Origin: Octopus sinensis
Lineage: Eukaryota
Assembly: GCF_006345805.1 (NCBI RefSeq)
Contig: NC_042999.1
Location: forward strand, 88,908,001 to 88,972,000
Length of the DNA stretch: 64,000 nt
Direction: 5' to 3'
Every line of letters begins with the position of its first letter. Position 1 is the first letter of the stretch. The position numbers and the translations under genes are program-made. Below the pieces are notes generated by a model that ran no database searches, was not told where the DNA came from, and was given only the letters and a program-made list of their open reading frames with translations. Positions 39,034-52,198 of this stretch are shown piece after piece.

Positions 39034-39328
39034 TCATTACGAAACTCAATATCATCATAAATACCGTTACCTTATCTATGTTTATATGCAGAGAAAAATT
39101 GAACCCATCTCATTCACATTTTTGTCACCCTTTTAATGCAAACCAAACAAAAGAAATGTATTGTTTGTTTACATATAATATGCAGTTATATAATTGAATA
39201 TTGTGACATACAAAATAAAATTGAAGTGAAGCAGGCTGATATATAAGTGCTTAATAGCAATGTTATCTTAGTATTACTTATGCTAAAAAGAAAAATTCTA
39301 AAATTATATTTACTATTGTTAAAGCTAT

Positions 39329-39972
39329 GGGTATATCTACGCAATTGTGCCCCCCCCCCCGATTTCTTTCTTCATAACTTCCAGAAAAATGGATTTCTTT
39401 AATGAAATTTTCAACCACAACTTGTGAAAATTATTTTTCCAAGGGTTGGGGAGAGAAGTTTCTGAAAATTTGCACAAGTCAGCTTTATTTCTGCAAATCT
39501 TCCTGACAAATGGGCATTTTAAAATGAAATCTCCTACAAATACCTTTCAGAATGTGGAAATCACGATTATATCAAAATCTAAGGTGATAAGGAAAAATGG
39601 TGAGTATGTAATTTTTTTCCTAAATTTCAAATTTCATTTTGCAGATATTTGTAATGCGTTAGTATGTATGTGTGCAAGCTCAACATTCTTTTTATTTTTT
39701 ATAGTAGATTCCAGTATAATTGTAATCAGCACACTCTGAAAAGTATTCATAGAAATTTCATCAAAAAAATATCTATTTTTCTGAACGTTGTATGGAAACT
39801 AAGCTGACTCATAAGAATTTTCCAAAACTTCTCTCCACACATATGGAAAATTTTACACAACAAATTCTAATATAATCAGAAGCGTGTTTGTAGAAAATTT
39901 CATTAAAAATATCTATTTTACTGGAAGTTATGAGGAAAGAAAGTCAGTGAGGCACACATGTGTAGGTATGCC
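39329..39972. mobile_element. MITE with long imperfect TIRs
   Basis: ctttcttcataacttccagaaaaatggatttctttaatgaaattttc (39365-) matches reverse complement of ~39890-39943; similarity continues ~130 bp; no clear TSD. Confidence 0.55.
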
Positions 39973-40516
39973 AGGCAATGAACTATTTATCCTAAGCAGA
40001 CACTAGCAAAGCATGCAACAGCTGAAAATGTAAAATTTAAAGCAGACAGCTACAAGATGAAATATTGCAAAGCAGTTGTTAACACACTATGAATTTAATA
40101 TTAAAACACAATAAGGCAGCAAGCAGGCAGAATTATTAGCAAGGAGGGGAAAATGCTTAGCATTATTTCATCCATCTCTATGTTCTGAGTTTAAAATCAT
40201 CCGAGGTCAACTTTGCCTTTCATCCTTTCAGGGTCGATAAAATAAGTACCAGTTGAGCACTTCAATGTAATTGACTTCACCACTTCCTTGAAATTACTGG
40301 CCTTGTGCTAAAATTTGAAACCAATATTAAAAAACAATGATGAATAAATGAAGAATATTGACTGAAAAAAAAGACAACGAAACATAAGCTTCAATAGAAG
40401 TCATAGAGATGTTTGAAGGAGTCTAGGACAGTTACCCACCACCATTGATATTAACCCCCGCCAAGAACATTTACCCTTGAGGACAACAGATAATGATTTA
40501 AAACTTCTTAATATAT

Positions 40517-40748
40517 ATTTCTTTACTGCCCACAAGGGGCTAAACATAGAGGGGACAAACAAGGACAGACAAAGGGAGTAAGTCGATTACATCGACCCCA
40601 GTGCGAAACTGGTACTTTATTTATCGACCCCGAAAGGATGAAAGGTAAAGTCAACCTCGGCGGAATTTGAACTCAGAACGTAATGACAGACGAAATACCT
40701 CTAAGCATTTCGCCCAGCTCGCTAACGTTTCTGCCAGCTCGCCGCCTA
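40517..40748 (-). mobile_element. young SINE family B with perfect 19-bp TSD
   Basis: ttaaaacttcttaatatat at 40498-40516 and 40749-40767; CpGs largely retained. Confidence 0.92.
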
Positions 40749-41009
40749 TTAAAACTTCTTAATATATTGGAGAGGGAGTAACTGTCCTGGGGATAGTTGT
40801 CATCGAGAAGAATTGTCCTATGTGGGGTAATTGTCCTGATACAATCTGAACATGTGATGTAAGCCAAGTTATTCTTCAAATGACTGGTTACTTGTGTTTG
40901 TGCATGCCCATAATCTCTAGTCCAGTCATGAACACTTCCCTCTAGCTGGGTTATGCATTACTGTGCATGCATCACTGGATGTCCATAATAGGTATGCATT
41001 ATAAAAATT

Positions 41010-41341
41010 ACTGGCACTTGTGCCGGTGGCACGTAAAAAAAACATTCGAGCAAGGTCATTGCCAGTGCTGCTGGACTGGCTCCTGTGCAGGTGGCATGTA
41101 AAAAACACCATTTGAGCATGGCCGTTGCCTGTACTGCCTGACTGGCCCTCATGCTGGTGGCACGTAAAAGCACCCACTACACTCTCAGAGTGGTTGGCAT
41201 TAGGAAGGGCATCCAGCTGTAGAAACTCTGCCAGATCAGATTGGAGCCTCGTGCAGCCATCTGGTTTGCCAGTCCTCAGTCAAATCATCCAACCCATGCT
41301 AGCATGGAAAGCGGACATTAAACGATGATGATGATGATGAT
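41010..41341 (+). mobile_element. RTE 3' UTR fragment (3 module anchors) with (GAT)n tail
   Basis: Anchors at ~41026, ~41090, ~41156; catgctagcatggaaagcggac tail junction. Confidence 0.85.
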
Positions 41342-41947
41342 ATATATATATATATATATATATAGATATATATACACTCACACATACACACACATATACA
41401 TATATATTCACATACACTCACATATATGTGTACATACACATGCATATATAAATGTGAAATGTATGTGTGTCTGTGTGTGTAATAAGTGAAAAGGATTAAT
41501 AGTTCTAGGCAGATAATCAGGGTTAAACAAATTTGGTTAACTATATGAAACAATGAGATGTCAATAAACTTAAGTAGAATTAACATCCAAAGTAACCCTT
41601 CATGTATGACAAGTACATCCAAATATTGCTAAGAAGCATTTCAAGAAATTCAGAGTATAAGTCAACAAGAATGAAAATGGAGAGAATCATATCTTTAATT
41701 AATGATTACATCCTCACATATGCATGCATGTATGTATGTATGCATGCATGTATGTATGTATGTATGTATGTATGTATGTATGTATGCATGCAGGCAGGCA
41801 CGTACATATAAATTAATTGTAGGGACACAGTATTTCATATATAGATGCATACATACATACATACATACATGTTAAGATCATCTCTACAGATTTTCCATTG
41901 AAATTATAGCCATCACTGATTTTGTATGTATGTATGTATGCATGCAC

Positions 41948-42360
41948 CATCATCATCTTTATCATTTAATGTCTGTTTTCCATACTGGCATGGATTGGAC
42001 AGTCTGACAGGAGCAGACCAGCTAGGGAGCTGTCCAGACTCCAGTTTTCTGTTATGGCATAGTTTCTACAACCGGATGCCCTTCCTTATGCCAACCTCTT
42101 TTCAGGGTTTGTTGGGTGCTTTTCTATGTACCACCAGCACAGGTGCATTTACACAGCACCAGCACCTGTAAAGGACAAGCCTGTGTGTATGGATGGTAGT
42201 GATTTTACATAGCTTGTTGCATTTTCTCAAGCATAGCAAATCGCAACTCCTAGTCCCTTGTCATTTCCTCAGTGAGGCCCAGTGTCCAAAGATCCTTTCT
42301 CATCACTTCATCCCACATCTTCCTAGATCTTTGCTTTCCACAAGTTCTCTCCACAATTCC
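41948..42360 (-). mobile_element. older RTE 3' end
   Basis: ccggatgcccttcctt..; ttctcaagcatagcaaatcgc..gtcccttgtcatttcctcagtgagg. Confidence 0.6.
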
Positions 42361-42464
42361 ATGAATGGTTAGCTTAAAACATCCCTACACATATTTCAAC
42401 AGCATGATTTAGTTCAAATATGAGTCTATTAAATAATTTATTAGGTAAAATTACATAAATTTGG

Positions 42465-43720
42465 ATGTAATGTGGATGTTGTTTACCTGGACTTTGCTAA
42501 GGCTTTTAATTCTGTGCCACACAAAAGACTTATGGTGAAACTCTCTGCAATGGGTGTAAGAGATGATCTCTATAACTGGTTGAAGTCTTTCATTATCAGC
42601 AGAAAAGAGGTTGTCACAGTTCTAGGACAGCACTCTTCATCCTATGAGATGACATCTGGTGTACCACAGGGATCTGTTCTTGGCCCCCTTTTATTTGTTG
42701 CATATGTTAATGACATAGATGCCAACTTAAAGAATGCCACAGTGCTGAAATATGCAGATGACATCAAGCTGTACCTCAAAATAAAGAGGACAGATCCTGT
42801 ACACTATAGATCTTTATTGCAATCAGACCTGGATACACTGCAGCAGTGGATCATGGACTGGCAACTCAAGGTGGCTGTGGACAAATGTACCACCATGCAT
42901 TTTGGGAGGAAAAAACCAGCATCTACTTACTCCCTCCACAACACTAATCTCAAAAAGTCTTCTTGTGAACATGACCTGGGTATTATTGTCAATAGCGATT
43001 TGTGTTGGGCAAAACACATTGCTAAAATTGCCTAGAAGGCTGAGGGTGTCTTGGCATCACTTACCAAGTCCCTTGTGAGCCGCTCTCCGGTTATCTATCT
43101 GAGGCTTTATATAGCTATGGTGTGGCCTCACCTGGAATTTGCATCACAGGACTGGAAGCTCTATCTTGCCCAGGATATTAATCATCTGGAAACCGTTCAG
43201 TGACGTGCAACCAAGAGAATACCCTCCATCAGGCATTTGCCATATACTGAACGCCTTACTTCCCTGGGCATGGATACATTGAAACTCCAACATCCCACAG
43301 CTAACTTGGCAGACACCCATAAAATTATAAACCATCTTACTAACAATAACTCTGAGCACCTTTTTGAACTCCACCTGTCTAACACCCATGGACATGTTTA
43401 CAAAGTCAGAAAACAGCACAGCTCCCATGACTTTTGGAAACATTTTTTCATGCTAAGAGTTGCTGAAGTATGGAACAAACTGCCGGCATCAGTTGTTAGT
43501 TGTCGGAGCACTGCATCCTTCAAAACTTCCTTGCTTCCTGAGATTCACCAACATTACACCTGATTTTCTCCCCTCCATACACACACAAGCATGTATCTGA
43601 CTCATACACTGTTCACTTCCCAGACATTTGTACATTACTGCATATGCTTTATACACACTTTTGACAAGTTGTGGTGCACCTGAGCACTGTATACAATAAT
43701 TTCATTATTATTATTATTAT
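42465..43720 (+). mobile_element. 5'-truncated CR1-clade LINE (RT plus C-terminus) with (ATT)n tail
   Basis: VVYLDFAKAFNSVPH, GVPQGSVLGPLLF, KYADDIK, DLGI; the frame continues through two stops (LYIAMVWPHLEFASQDW) to 43563. Confidence 0.92.
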
Positions 43721-44908
43721 ATAAATTCTTTTTGATATCCATCAGCCATTTCCTTGGGTGATATTTTGCTAAGTATTTTGGCAAAAATATGATAAATCCA
43801 TCAGGGAAGCGAATATTTATCATATGCAGGATGCAACATGACAATTAGCATAAGATGGAGACATCATATTTGGTGACCAATCAAACAGCTGGATTCTGAA
43901 GACAACTAGAATAAAATATACCTTGGGAAGAATGATCAGATAGTCATTTGCAATTCAAATACTGAAATTTACTACTGTGGGGTATTAAAACCTGGTGACC
44001 AACCAAACGGCTCAATTCCAAAGGCAACTAAACAAATATAAACTAACCCTAGAATAGAAATGGTTATTGTCAATTCTTATCTTGGAATTTACAGCTAAGA
44101 TAACTGCATGAGCAGGTTAATGAGCTGTTAATTGTCTTGATACATTCTGTTTGTGATAAATATTCTCTTCTCTTATGGATTTAACATATTTCTACTAAGA
44201 TATTCAGCAGAATATTACCTGAAATGACCAGTGGTTAATCACAGGAATTTACATAGTGTTATCAAATGGATCATGTAATAGACTGATATTTGAATTAAAT
44301 CACACTATTGAAAAGCATATAGTAATGGTTTAAAGTATTTATTTGTTATGGTGATGGTCTTCCTTGGTCATGAGTGAACTACAATCATGTATGGATGGAT
44401 GGATTTAAGGCATGTTTGTATGTGTGTATTTGTGGCTGGAGAAGTGGCAACAAAACATCTGTTTACTTTTTACCCTAAATCCATGTGAAACAAGAGATCT
44501 CTTTCTTGAAAAACAGGTAAGGGTTAGCAGCAGGAAGGGCATCCAGTTGTAAAACAATGGTTCAATAATATATTCATTTAACCAATGCTAACATGAGAAA
44601 ACACACAAGATGACCAAAGTATAACTTTTATCAGTGTAACATCACTTTAAATCTAGGAAATATAAACTCAATAAGTATGTAATAAAATTTTAGAAATATC
44701 TTTTAATAATCATGTAATTATTTTGTATCACATACATGTGAAGGGGATAAAGTATTAAACTATTAACTAATTGGGTGAAAACTCTGTGAACTCACATAAA
44801 TCTACAGGTTTTATTGTGCCCATTGGTAGGATGTATGTTTTTTTCAAATGCCATAGTTTACCACCTCTCTATTGAGAATAAATGCCATAATGATATATGC
44901 AATATAAT

Positions 44909-45121
44909 CCTTTCTACTATAGGCACAAGGCCCGAAATTGGGGTGGGGGGGCCAGTTGATTAGATTGACCCCAGTACACAACTAGTACTTAATTTATCGA
45001 CCCTGAAAGGATGAAAGGCAAAGCTGACCTTGGCAGAATTTGAACTCAGAACATAAAGACAGATGAAATGCTGCTAAGCATTTCTCCTAGCATGCTAACG
45101 ATTCTGCCAGCTCACTGCCTT
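44909..45121 (-). mobile_element. SINE family B with 16-bp TSD
   Basis: atatatgcaatataat at 44893-44908 and 45122-45137. Confidence 0.88.
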
Positions 45122-45273
45122 ATATATGCAATATAATAGCAGAGGAAATTTATCTACTAAAACTTACAAGAGTGAATCTACATACCAAATTCTCATTACT
45201 TTTGAAATATTTACATATTTCATATTTGTGAAGTTGATGATAGGAAATATTTCAGAGCAATGTTTATGAGATA

Positions 45274-45500
45274 CATCATCATCATCATCATCATTGTTTA
45301 ACATCGGTTGGATGGTTCGACCGGGGTCTTGGAAGACAGGAGGCTGCACCAGGCTCCAGTCTGATCTGGCAGTGTTTCTACAGCTGGATGCCCTACCTAA
45401 CACCAGCCACTCTGTGAATATAGTGGGTGCTTTTTACATTGCTGGCATTGGCCACATTCGGATGGTGCTTTTTACATGCCACCGGCATGGGTATCTTAAC
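45274..45500 (-). mobile_element. RTE 3' end of the same subfamily as 18124-19226
   Basis: Shares the short module acattgctggcattggccacattc and the gggatctgg/gggtcttgg-aag variant. Confidence 0.8.
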
Positions 45501-45599
45501 TACAATTTCTTTGTACAAAATTAGTTGAAATGCTTACTTTATTTCTTTATAACTATCTGATTACTCCTAAAGCATCAGCTCCTTCATGTTTCCACTTGC

Positions 45600-45900
45600 A
45601 AAACATGTCTTTTTCTAGGCTGTTCTTTCATTATAATAGCAAGATATACCATCCATCCTCTCCAGCCACTGCTCTGGAGAGGGTTGTGTAGGTAGAGTTA
45701 TCCTCCATAATGTTCTGAGAGAAACACCAGCCATCATTAAACTTTCTAGCAGGATTCCTAAGCATGAGAAACTGAGACTGTAAATATTATCCAGGCATCT
45801 CATTCTTGGTCTACCCTTAGGTTTACTGCCAACTGGCTCAACTTGAACAATCCATCTTGAGATCCTAACCTGCAACATTCTAATCCTGTCTATAGCACCA
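45600..45900 (-). pseudogene. LINE (RTE-like) C-terminal fragment
   Basis: SKPKGRPRMRCLDNI resembles the RTE C-terminal GRPR..W.D motif. Confidence 0.5.
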
Positions 45901-46554
45901 GAACTATGATATTCAATTCCTTAAATATCATGCCAGCCTTATTTTCCTAAAAATCTTTGGAAATTCTCAAGTGCATTTAAATTCAGTAAAGGTCAACTAA
46001 ATTTCTTTTTAAAAAGACTTTAATTACTTTAAAGTAAAACCAGTAACACTCTTCACATACCATCATATCTACTTGTCTCATGTCATCCTACCAGTTGTTC
46101 TGCAACATTACTATTTTATATCAACCAGACTATAGTCACGTCTGTGCATTTTCAGATATTATATCTGCCAAGCTACCATCACATTTTAGCACACTGTAAG
46201 AGATTTTATATAAGTTTTAGATCATTATCATTGCTCTAGGAACCAGACTGGCAAATCAGTTTAGTACCTTAGAGAACCAAAGTGTTCCTCTACTACCATT
46301 TATATACCATATTATCTATCATGTATGCTAGAGACAACAAGGTTACTGCCAGTTTCTTTATCAATTGAACTACATACTATCACATCTTAGTATGTTTACA
46401 ATATCCTAAAGTGAAGTCAGATATTCATGGGTTTTTTTCTTTGGCTCTCCGGCTCCTTGAAAATTATTTCTTAAAAGCCCTGATATGAACAGAGACTAAG
46501 ATTAAATAAATATTTGCTGTATATATTTGTATTATAGACACAATTATGGCTATG

Positions 46555-46720
46555 AAGCACAGGCATAGCTATGTGCTTAAATAATCCACTTCCCAATCAT
46601 GTGGTTTCAGATTCAATCCCACTGTATGACACCTTGGGCAAGAGTCTAACCTGAGCCAACTAAAACCTTGTGAGTGGATTCTGTTTGATACAAACTGAAA
46701 GAAACCCATCATATATGTAT
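46555..46720 (+). mobile_element. degenerate SINE family A 5' half
   Basis: caccttgggcaagag..cttgtgagtggattctg..aactgaaagaaaccc. Confidence 0.7.
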
Positions 46721-46741
46721 GTGGCTCTCTGTCAGTCTATT

Positions 46742-46796
<55 letters not shown>

Positions 46797-47269
46797 ATAT
46801 ATATATATATATATTAATAATATGGGGTAAAATCAGTAATAATTTTACCAGGTAGCCAGTACAGAAATAAAAAAACCTTTTAGTTAAATTTGTGGCAAGG
46901 CACATAGCTGACCTCTTGGTATAATTATGTATATAATTACAAAATAATTTGTGTGTGTGTATTATTTAATAGATACAATACATGATTTTATGTACTACTG
47001 ATAGTTTCTTATGCTGAGAACATGCCAAATAATAAATTATAACATGTGTTACATCCCAACACAGTCATCAGGCACAAACCAAATCATATAAATACTATAT
47101 AGAACCAGAAATTGAATGATAGAAGAAGCACGGAAAGCCAAGAAGGAAGTATGTAGAAAGCATGGAAGAGTCATCAGAAATAAGTAAAAAGGTAAAAGAG
47201 TTATCTCTCTCAGACATTAAATTATAAGGCTAGAAAAAATATTAACAAGTTAATCGGGTATAGGTCAAA

Positions 47270-47760
47270 TTTTCCAACTTTTCAAAAAGGACTTTGTCAT
47301 ATATTTACAACTACTGATAATTTCAGACCTAGAGTTCAGTAGTGAGTTAGGGATCTCAGATTTGAAAAGGATCTGAGCTCTTTCAGCTAAGCATAGCTTA
47401 CATTTATTTGATCTATTAACATAAGGTGAGGATTTTTCAATTATTTCCCACTAAGTCATATGTGGTGTTGCATTAGATTTCAAACTCATTATGTGGCTTG
47501 CCAACTTAGGAGCTTTGCTTTTGTCCTTATGTTAGAAAGAAGCTTTGTGATTAGCATAACGATTTTTAAATTCTCCTCATAATTCAATATAGGTCTTCCT
47601 ATCAGTTCTATTATCATCTAGCATTGCAGTTACTTCTGCCTTATATATGACAGATTTAACCATACATTATTGTCAAGTAGACAGGATCCTGGGTTTCTAC
47701 AGTTACAACTGGATTTAGGCTCTTGATGTTGACCTCATGTAATGATACTCTGCATGTTGG
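47270..47760 (-). pseudogene. Penelope-like GIY-YIG relic
   Basis: SSCNCRNPGSC..YKAEVTA..KTYIELCEE.LK.RYANHKASF. Confidence 0.65.
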
Positions 47761-48618
47761 GGCAGCAGCTATATAATAAATTCACAGAATGCCTGTTAAA
47801 TATTTTCCTGTACCTGTGAGTTGCTGAAAAATGTTTGTCTAGGAGAAACAGGAATCTTTTACCTATGTTAGTTTTTACATGAAAAGAAAAGGGAGGAGCA
47901 AACCTTATACTATGTGGTTTGTGCCTGATAACTGTATTGAGATGTTACACATGTTATAATTCATTATTTGGGATACTCTCAGCATAAGAAACAATTAGTA
48001 GCAAAAAAAAAAAATCATGTGTTGTGTCTATTAAATAATATTTATCTCTCACTTGATGGAGTACTATTTTTGCTGATCTTACCATCACAGAACATTACAT
48101 TATATATATATATACACACACACACATACGTATGCATGTATGTGTGTATATATGTATGTATATATGTATAGAGAAAGACATATAAAGAAAGGAGTATTTT
48201 ACATCTTTAATAAAAGATTTTCCAGTATATAAAACTCCAACACGTTTTACTGTCTTAGGCTCCTTGGATGTGATATTCAGTGCAACTAACAGATTCATAT
48301 TAAATCAATTATAGTACACATTCTAGTCCAAAAACTCATCTTTCGCAACTTTTTTCAAGATATTCCCCCCTATAGGTTAATGAAGTGAACTGTAATTTGT
48401 AGTATCAAAGATAAATGCCTGAAACATCATATATGGTGAGAGAAAGGAAATTAAGAGAAGTAGAGAAAGTATTGTGGATGTACTAATGAAATATGATATG
48501 CCCAGAGTTCCAGCTATATTTGAACACAAATTGACCCCAATGGATACTAACAAAGTAGATTAATATAATGTTATTCCTAGCAACTTATTTAGTTCAAAAT
48601 GATTAAACTCATTGACCA

Positions 48619-48845
48619 TTAACCCTTAAAAATTTAAACCAGCCATATCTGGCCAAAATATTCTACCTATTTTATCCTCGAACTGGTCATATTTGGTCAT
48701 ATCCTACAAAGTCATTTTAAAAATAAACCATCTCATAATCAAAATCTCAAAGCTATGAAATAATGCATGATTAATTTTTAATAATGTTAATAGATAAGCA
48801 TTATGTTTGAAATGGTAATCTGAATACTAAAGGTATAATGTTAAG
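48619..48845 (+). mobile_element. piggyBac-like MITE, degenerate
   Basis: TTAA followed by CCCTT at left; right end ctgaatactaaagg..ttaa is imperfect. Confidence 0.5.
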
Positions 48846-49867
48846 AACAGTATAAAGTAAATGGGAAGAAATCAGACAAAACATTTGGTATTGGAAAGAT
48901 TTGAAAAATGAAAAAGAACAAAGAAAAAAGTAAAAGAAAAGCCAATATAGTTGCCATGGTGTAACAAGATATAGCCATAATAAAAAAAAAGTAATAATAA
49001 TTGAATCAAATAAAACATTAGGAAAACCTAAGAGAATTAAGTGTTTTAGCAGAAAAGACTATAATTAGAAGACCACCTAAGTTGCTGGAATGGGAAATTA
49101 GTACTACTTGGTTATAACCATATAGAATTATTTTGAGAATATTTAACCAGGGTTATTAAGCCTCCTTACTTAAGGGAATTAATGGTAAAACTTGCTATCA
49201 AGAAAGTATTTAAAGGTTTTTCTATATATATATATGTAAAAATTTTATTTCTAATTTTTTTCCACAGTTTAATAAATTATCTTCGGTATATTTCTTCTAG
49301 GCAGTAATCGCATTTAAGATTACCTGAGGTATAGGGTGGAGCACTACCTATAATTGACTATTTAGTGTCATATTTAGCAGTATATATATGTGTGGTTTGA
49401 AAGTATACACGCACACATACACACACACACACATACATATGTATGTATGTATGTTCATTATGCTTACTGATATAAGCAAAGTATAATGACATGAACCGAG
49501 AATTGAACCAAATCACTAACTCAGTTTGTCTAAGTTTCTGTTATAGATAAAGTATATAAAGTTTGTTCATTCTTACTTGAACATTTATTGATGTCATACA
49601 TTTGCATAAGGTACAGCTTTTTCAGATAATAAAGCATTGCACCAAAAGGAAAAATGCCAAGGACTGATGACCTGAAGATATGCTATGTATATATGTACAT
49701 ATGTATGCACGTATCTATGTATGTTTGTATGCATGCACGTATGTATGTATGTATGTATGTATGTATGTATGTATGTATGTATGTATGTATGTATGCATGT
49801 ATGTATATAAGTGTGTGTGTGTGTAATTTCAGATTTATAAATTTTATTCACTCTCTTTTTTCTATGT

Positions 49868-50043
49868 AGGAGTGACTGTGGTAAGTAGCTTGCTTACGAA
49901 CCACATGATTCTGGGTTCAATCCCACTGTGTTGCACCTTGGGCAAGTGTCTTCTACTATAGCTTCGGGCTGACCAGAGCCTTGTGAGTGGATTTGGTAGA
50001 TAGAAACTGAAAGAAGCCTATCGTATATATGTATATATATATG

Positions 50044-50076
<33 letters not shown>

Positions 50077-50305
50077 GTATGTGTGTGTGTATATGTTTGT
50101 GTGTCTGTGTTTGCCCCCCCCCCCCACATCGCTTGACAACCGATGCTGATGTGTTTACATCTCCCATAACTTAGTGGTTCGGCAAAAGATACCAATAGAA
50201 TAAGTACTAGGCTTACAAAGAATAACTCCTGGGGTTGATTTTCTCAACTAAAGGTGGTGCTCCAGCATGGCCACAGTCAAATGACTGAAACAAGTAAAAG
50301 AGTAT
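49868..50305 (+). mobile_element. full-length SINE family A
   Basis: Same organisation as 564-943 with a longer internal (TA)(TG) tract. Confidence 0.9.
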
Positions 50306-50569
50306 GTATTGAAATTTTAGTCATCTTGGATGAATCACACACCAATACTCACCATGTCACTATATCATATTGTGAACAAAACAATGGTCTCATACTACTA
50401 CTAGGTACTCCCACTCTGTCTCCCTAAGACCCTTGTGCATACACATATATTTTGTTTTCCCATATACAGTTGTAAATATCCAATCCTTTATGTAAATCAA
50501 TAAATAATTACAAGTTTATAGATGTACTCCATTCATGGTTTTATGATATAACCATTGTATTTCACAGTG

Positions 50570-50880
50570 AAGGCTTGTGGCTTCGTGGTTTGGGCATTCA
50601 GCTCACAATTGTAACATCATGAGTTCAATTCCCAGCAGCGAGTTATGTCCTTGAGCAAGACACTTTATTTCACATTGCTCTAGTTCACTCAGCTGGCAAA
50701 AATGCATAGTACTTGTATTTCAAAGGGTCAGCCTTGTCATGCTGAATCTCCTGCGAACTATGTTAAGAGTACAAGTGTCTGTGGAGTGCTCAGCCACTTG
50801 CATGTTAATTTCATGAGCAGGCTGTTTCATTAATTGAATCGAGTAGAAACCTCATCATCATAATCAACCAAGTGCTGGCG
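50570..50880 (+). mobile_element. SINE family C
   Basis: Parallels 33293-33610. Confidence 0.8.
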
Positions 50881-51011
50881 CCAGTTGTATTTCACTAACA
50901 AGTGTAGTATTACATATGTCCAAAAATATTGCTCTAAGATGTTGCCTATCCTTGAGCAGTCAATGTTCAAACTAGCTGCTGCACTAAATAATCCATAGCC
51001 ATGTACCAAAC

Positions 51012-51222
51012 GTTAGCACGCTGGGCGAAATGCTAAGCAGTATTTCGTCTGCCGCTACGTTCTGAGTTCAAATTCCTCTGAGGTCGACTTTGCCTTTCAT
51101 CCTTTCGGGGTTGATTAAATAAGTACCAGTTACGCACTGGGGTCGATATAATCGACTTAATCCATTTGTCTGTCCTTGTTTGTCCTCTCTGTGTTTAGCC
51201 CCTTGTGGGATGTAAAGAAATA
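51012..51222 (+). mobile_element. young SINE family B
   Basis: Near-identical to the reverse complement of 40517-40748. Confidence 0.88.
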
Positions 51223-51379
51223 GGTATCATCTTGTATTCCACAAAAAGTTGATATAAGCAAAGCTGGAGTATATACATAAGCTGATGGGATGAGGAAGTT
51301 GTTAATACAGAGGTGTAGATACAAACATGTTCATGCATAGGGTGTCACTGAATAATACTAATTGTAATAATCCATTCTG

Positions 51380-51540
51380 CTATAAGCACAAGGCCTAAAA
51401 TTTGGCAGTAGGGAGCCCACCAATGCTCAGCTGGTATTTATTTCATCGACCCTGAAAGGACAAAAGACAAAGTCAACCTCAATAGAATCTGAACACAGGG
51501 CATAAAGACAGATGAAATTTCACTAAGTATTCTATCTGGT
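51380..51540 (-). mobile_element. degenerate SINE family B
   Basis: tttcatcgaccctgaaaggacaaaagacaaagtcaacctc. Confidence 0.7.
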
Positions 51541-51831
51541 GTACAAATGATGAAAATGTTGGTGGGAGCAGGTTGTGACCACCATGTCAATCTGAATGGC
51601 AACACTGAACTAATGTATCTCATCATAGTTAAATTAGGTTCTAGTCCTGTAGTTTTTGGAATGTTCAACTTTTACAGTGCTTGCACAAATCCCTATCTCA
51701 TTACATTTACTAAGAAGGTGTTTATTATTGGCTAATATAATCTCCAAACCCTCTTTATTACATAGTTAACAGGGATGTCTGCCACATCAATGTGGCATAA
51801 TGCATCTCACCACTGATCATTTCAAATTATA

Positions 51832-52198
51832 GTTACTCTTACTATCAGCTAAATTTTGGATATATATTCTGCAAGTGAGGTTGAGAACCTCAGTCTGGGG
51901 TTGGATAAGCAGTGCCTTATGCATAGACATGTGTTGTTTCACAAGATTTATCATAGTACTTATGTAATATTTACTATCATTGTATGTTATGACCTCACTC
52001 ATAGTTAATGTTTGGGATGTATGCAATGTCCTCCCTGGTTGTGATCCACAGAATTTTTGAGATTACATCTTGGAGGTGCAGTCCTACAGTCCACAGATCC
52101 ATTAGTCACACTATGAGTTATACAGTTTAGTAGGATGCTGGTTCAGTTATTGTAATTTATGGTACTGAGACCAAAATTTAGCTGATAGTAAGAGTAAC
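51832..52198. repeat. perfect 28-bp inverted repeat pair, 311-bp spacer
   Basis: gttactcttactatcagctaaattttgg (51832-51859) vs ccaaaatttagctgatagtaagagtaac (52171-52198). Confidence 0.9.
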
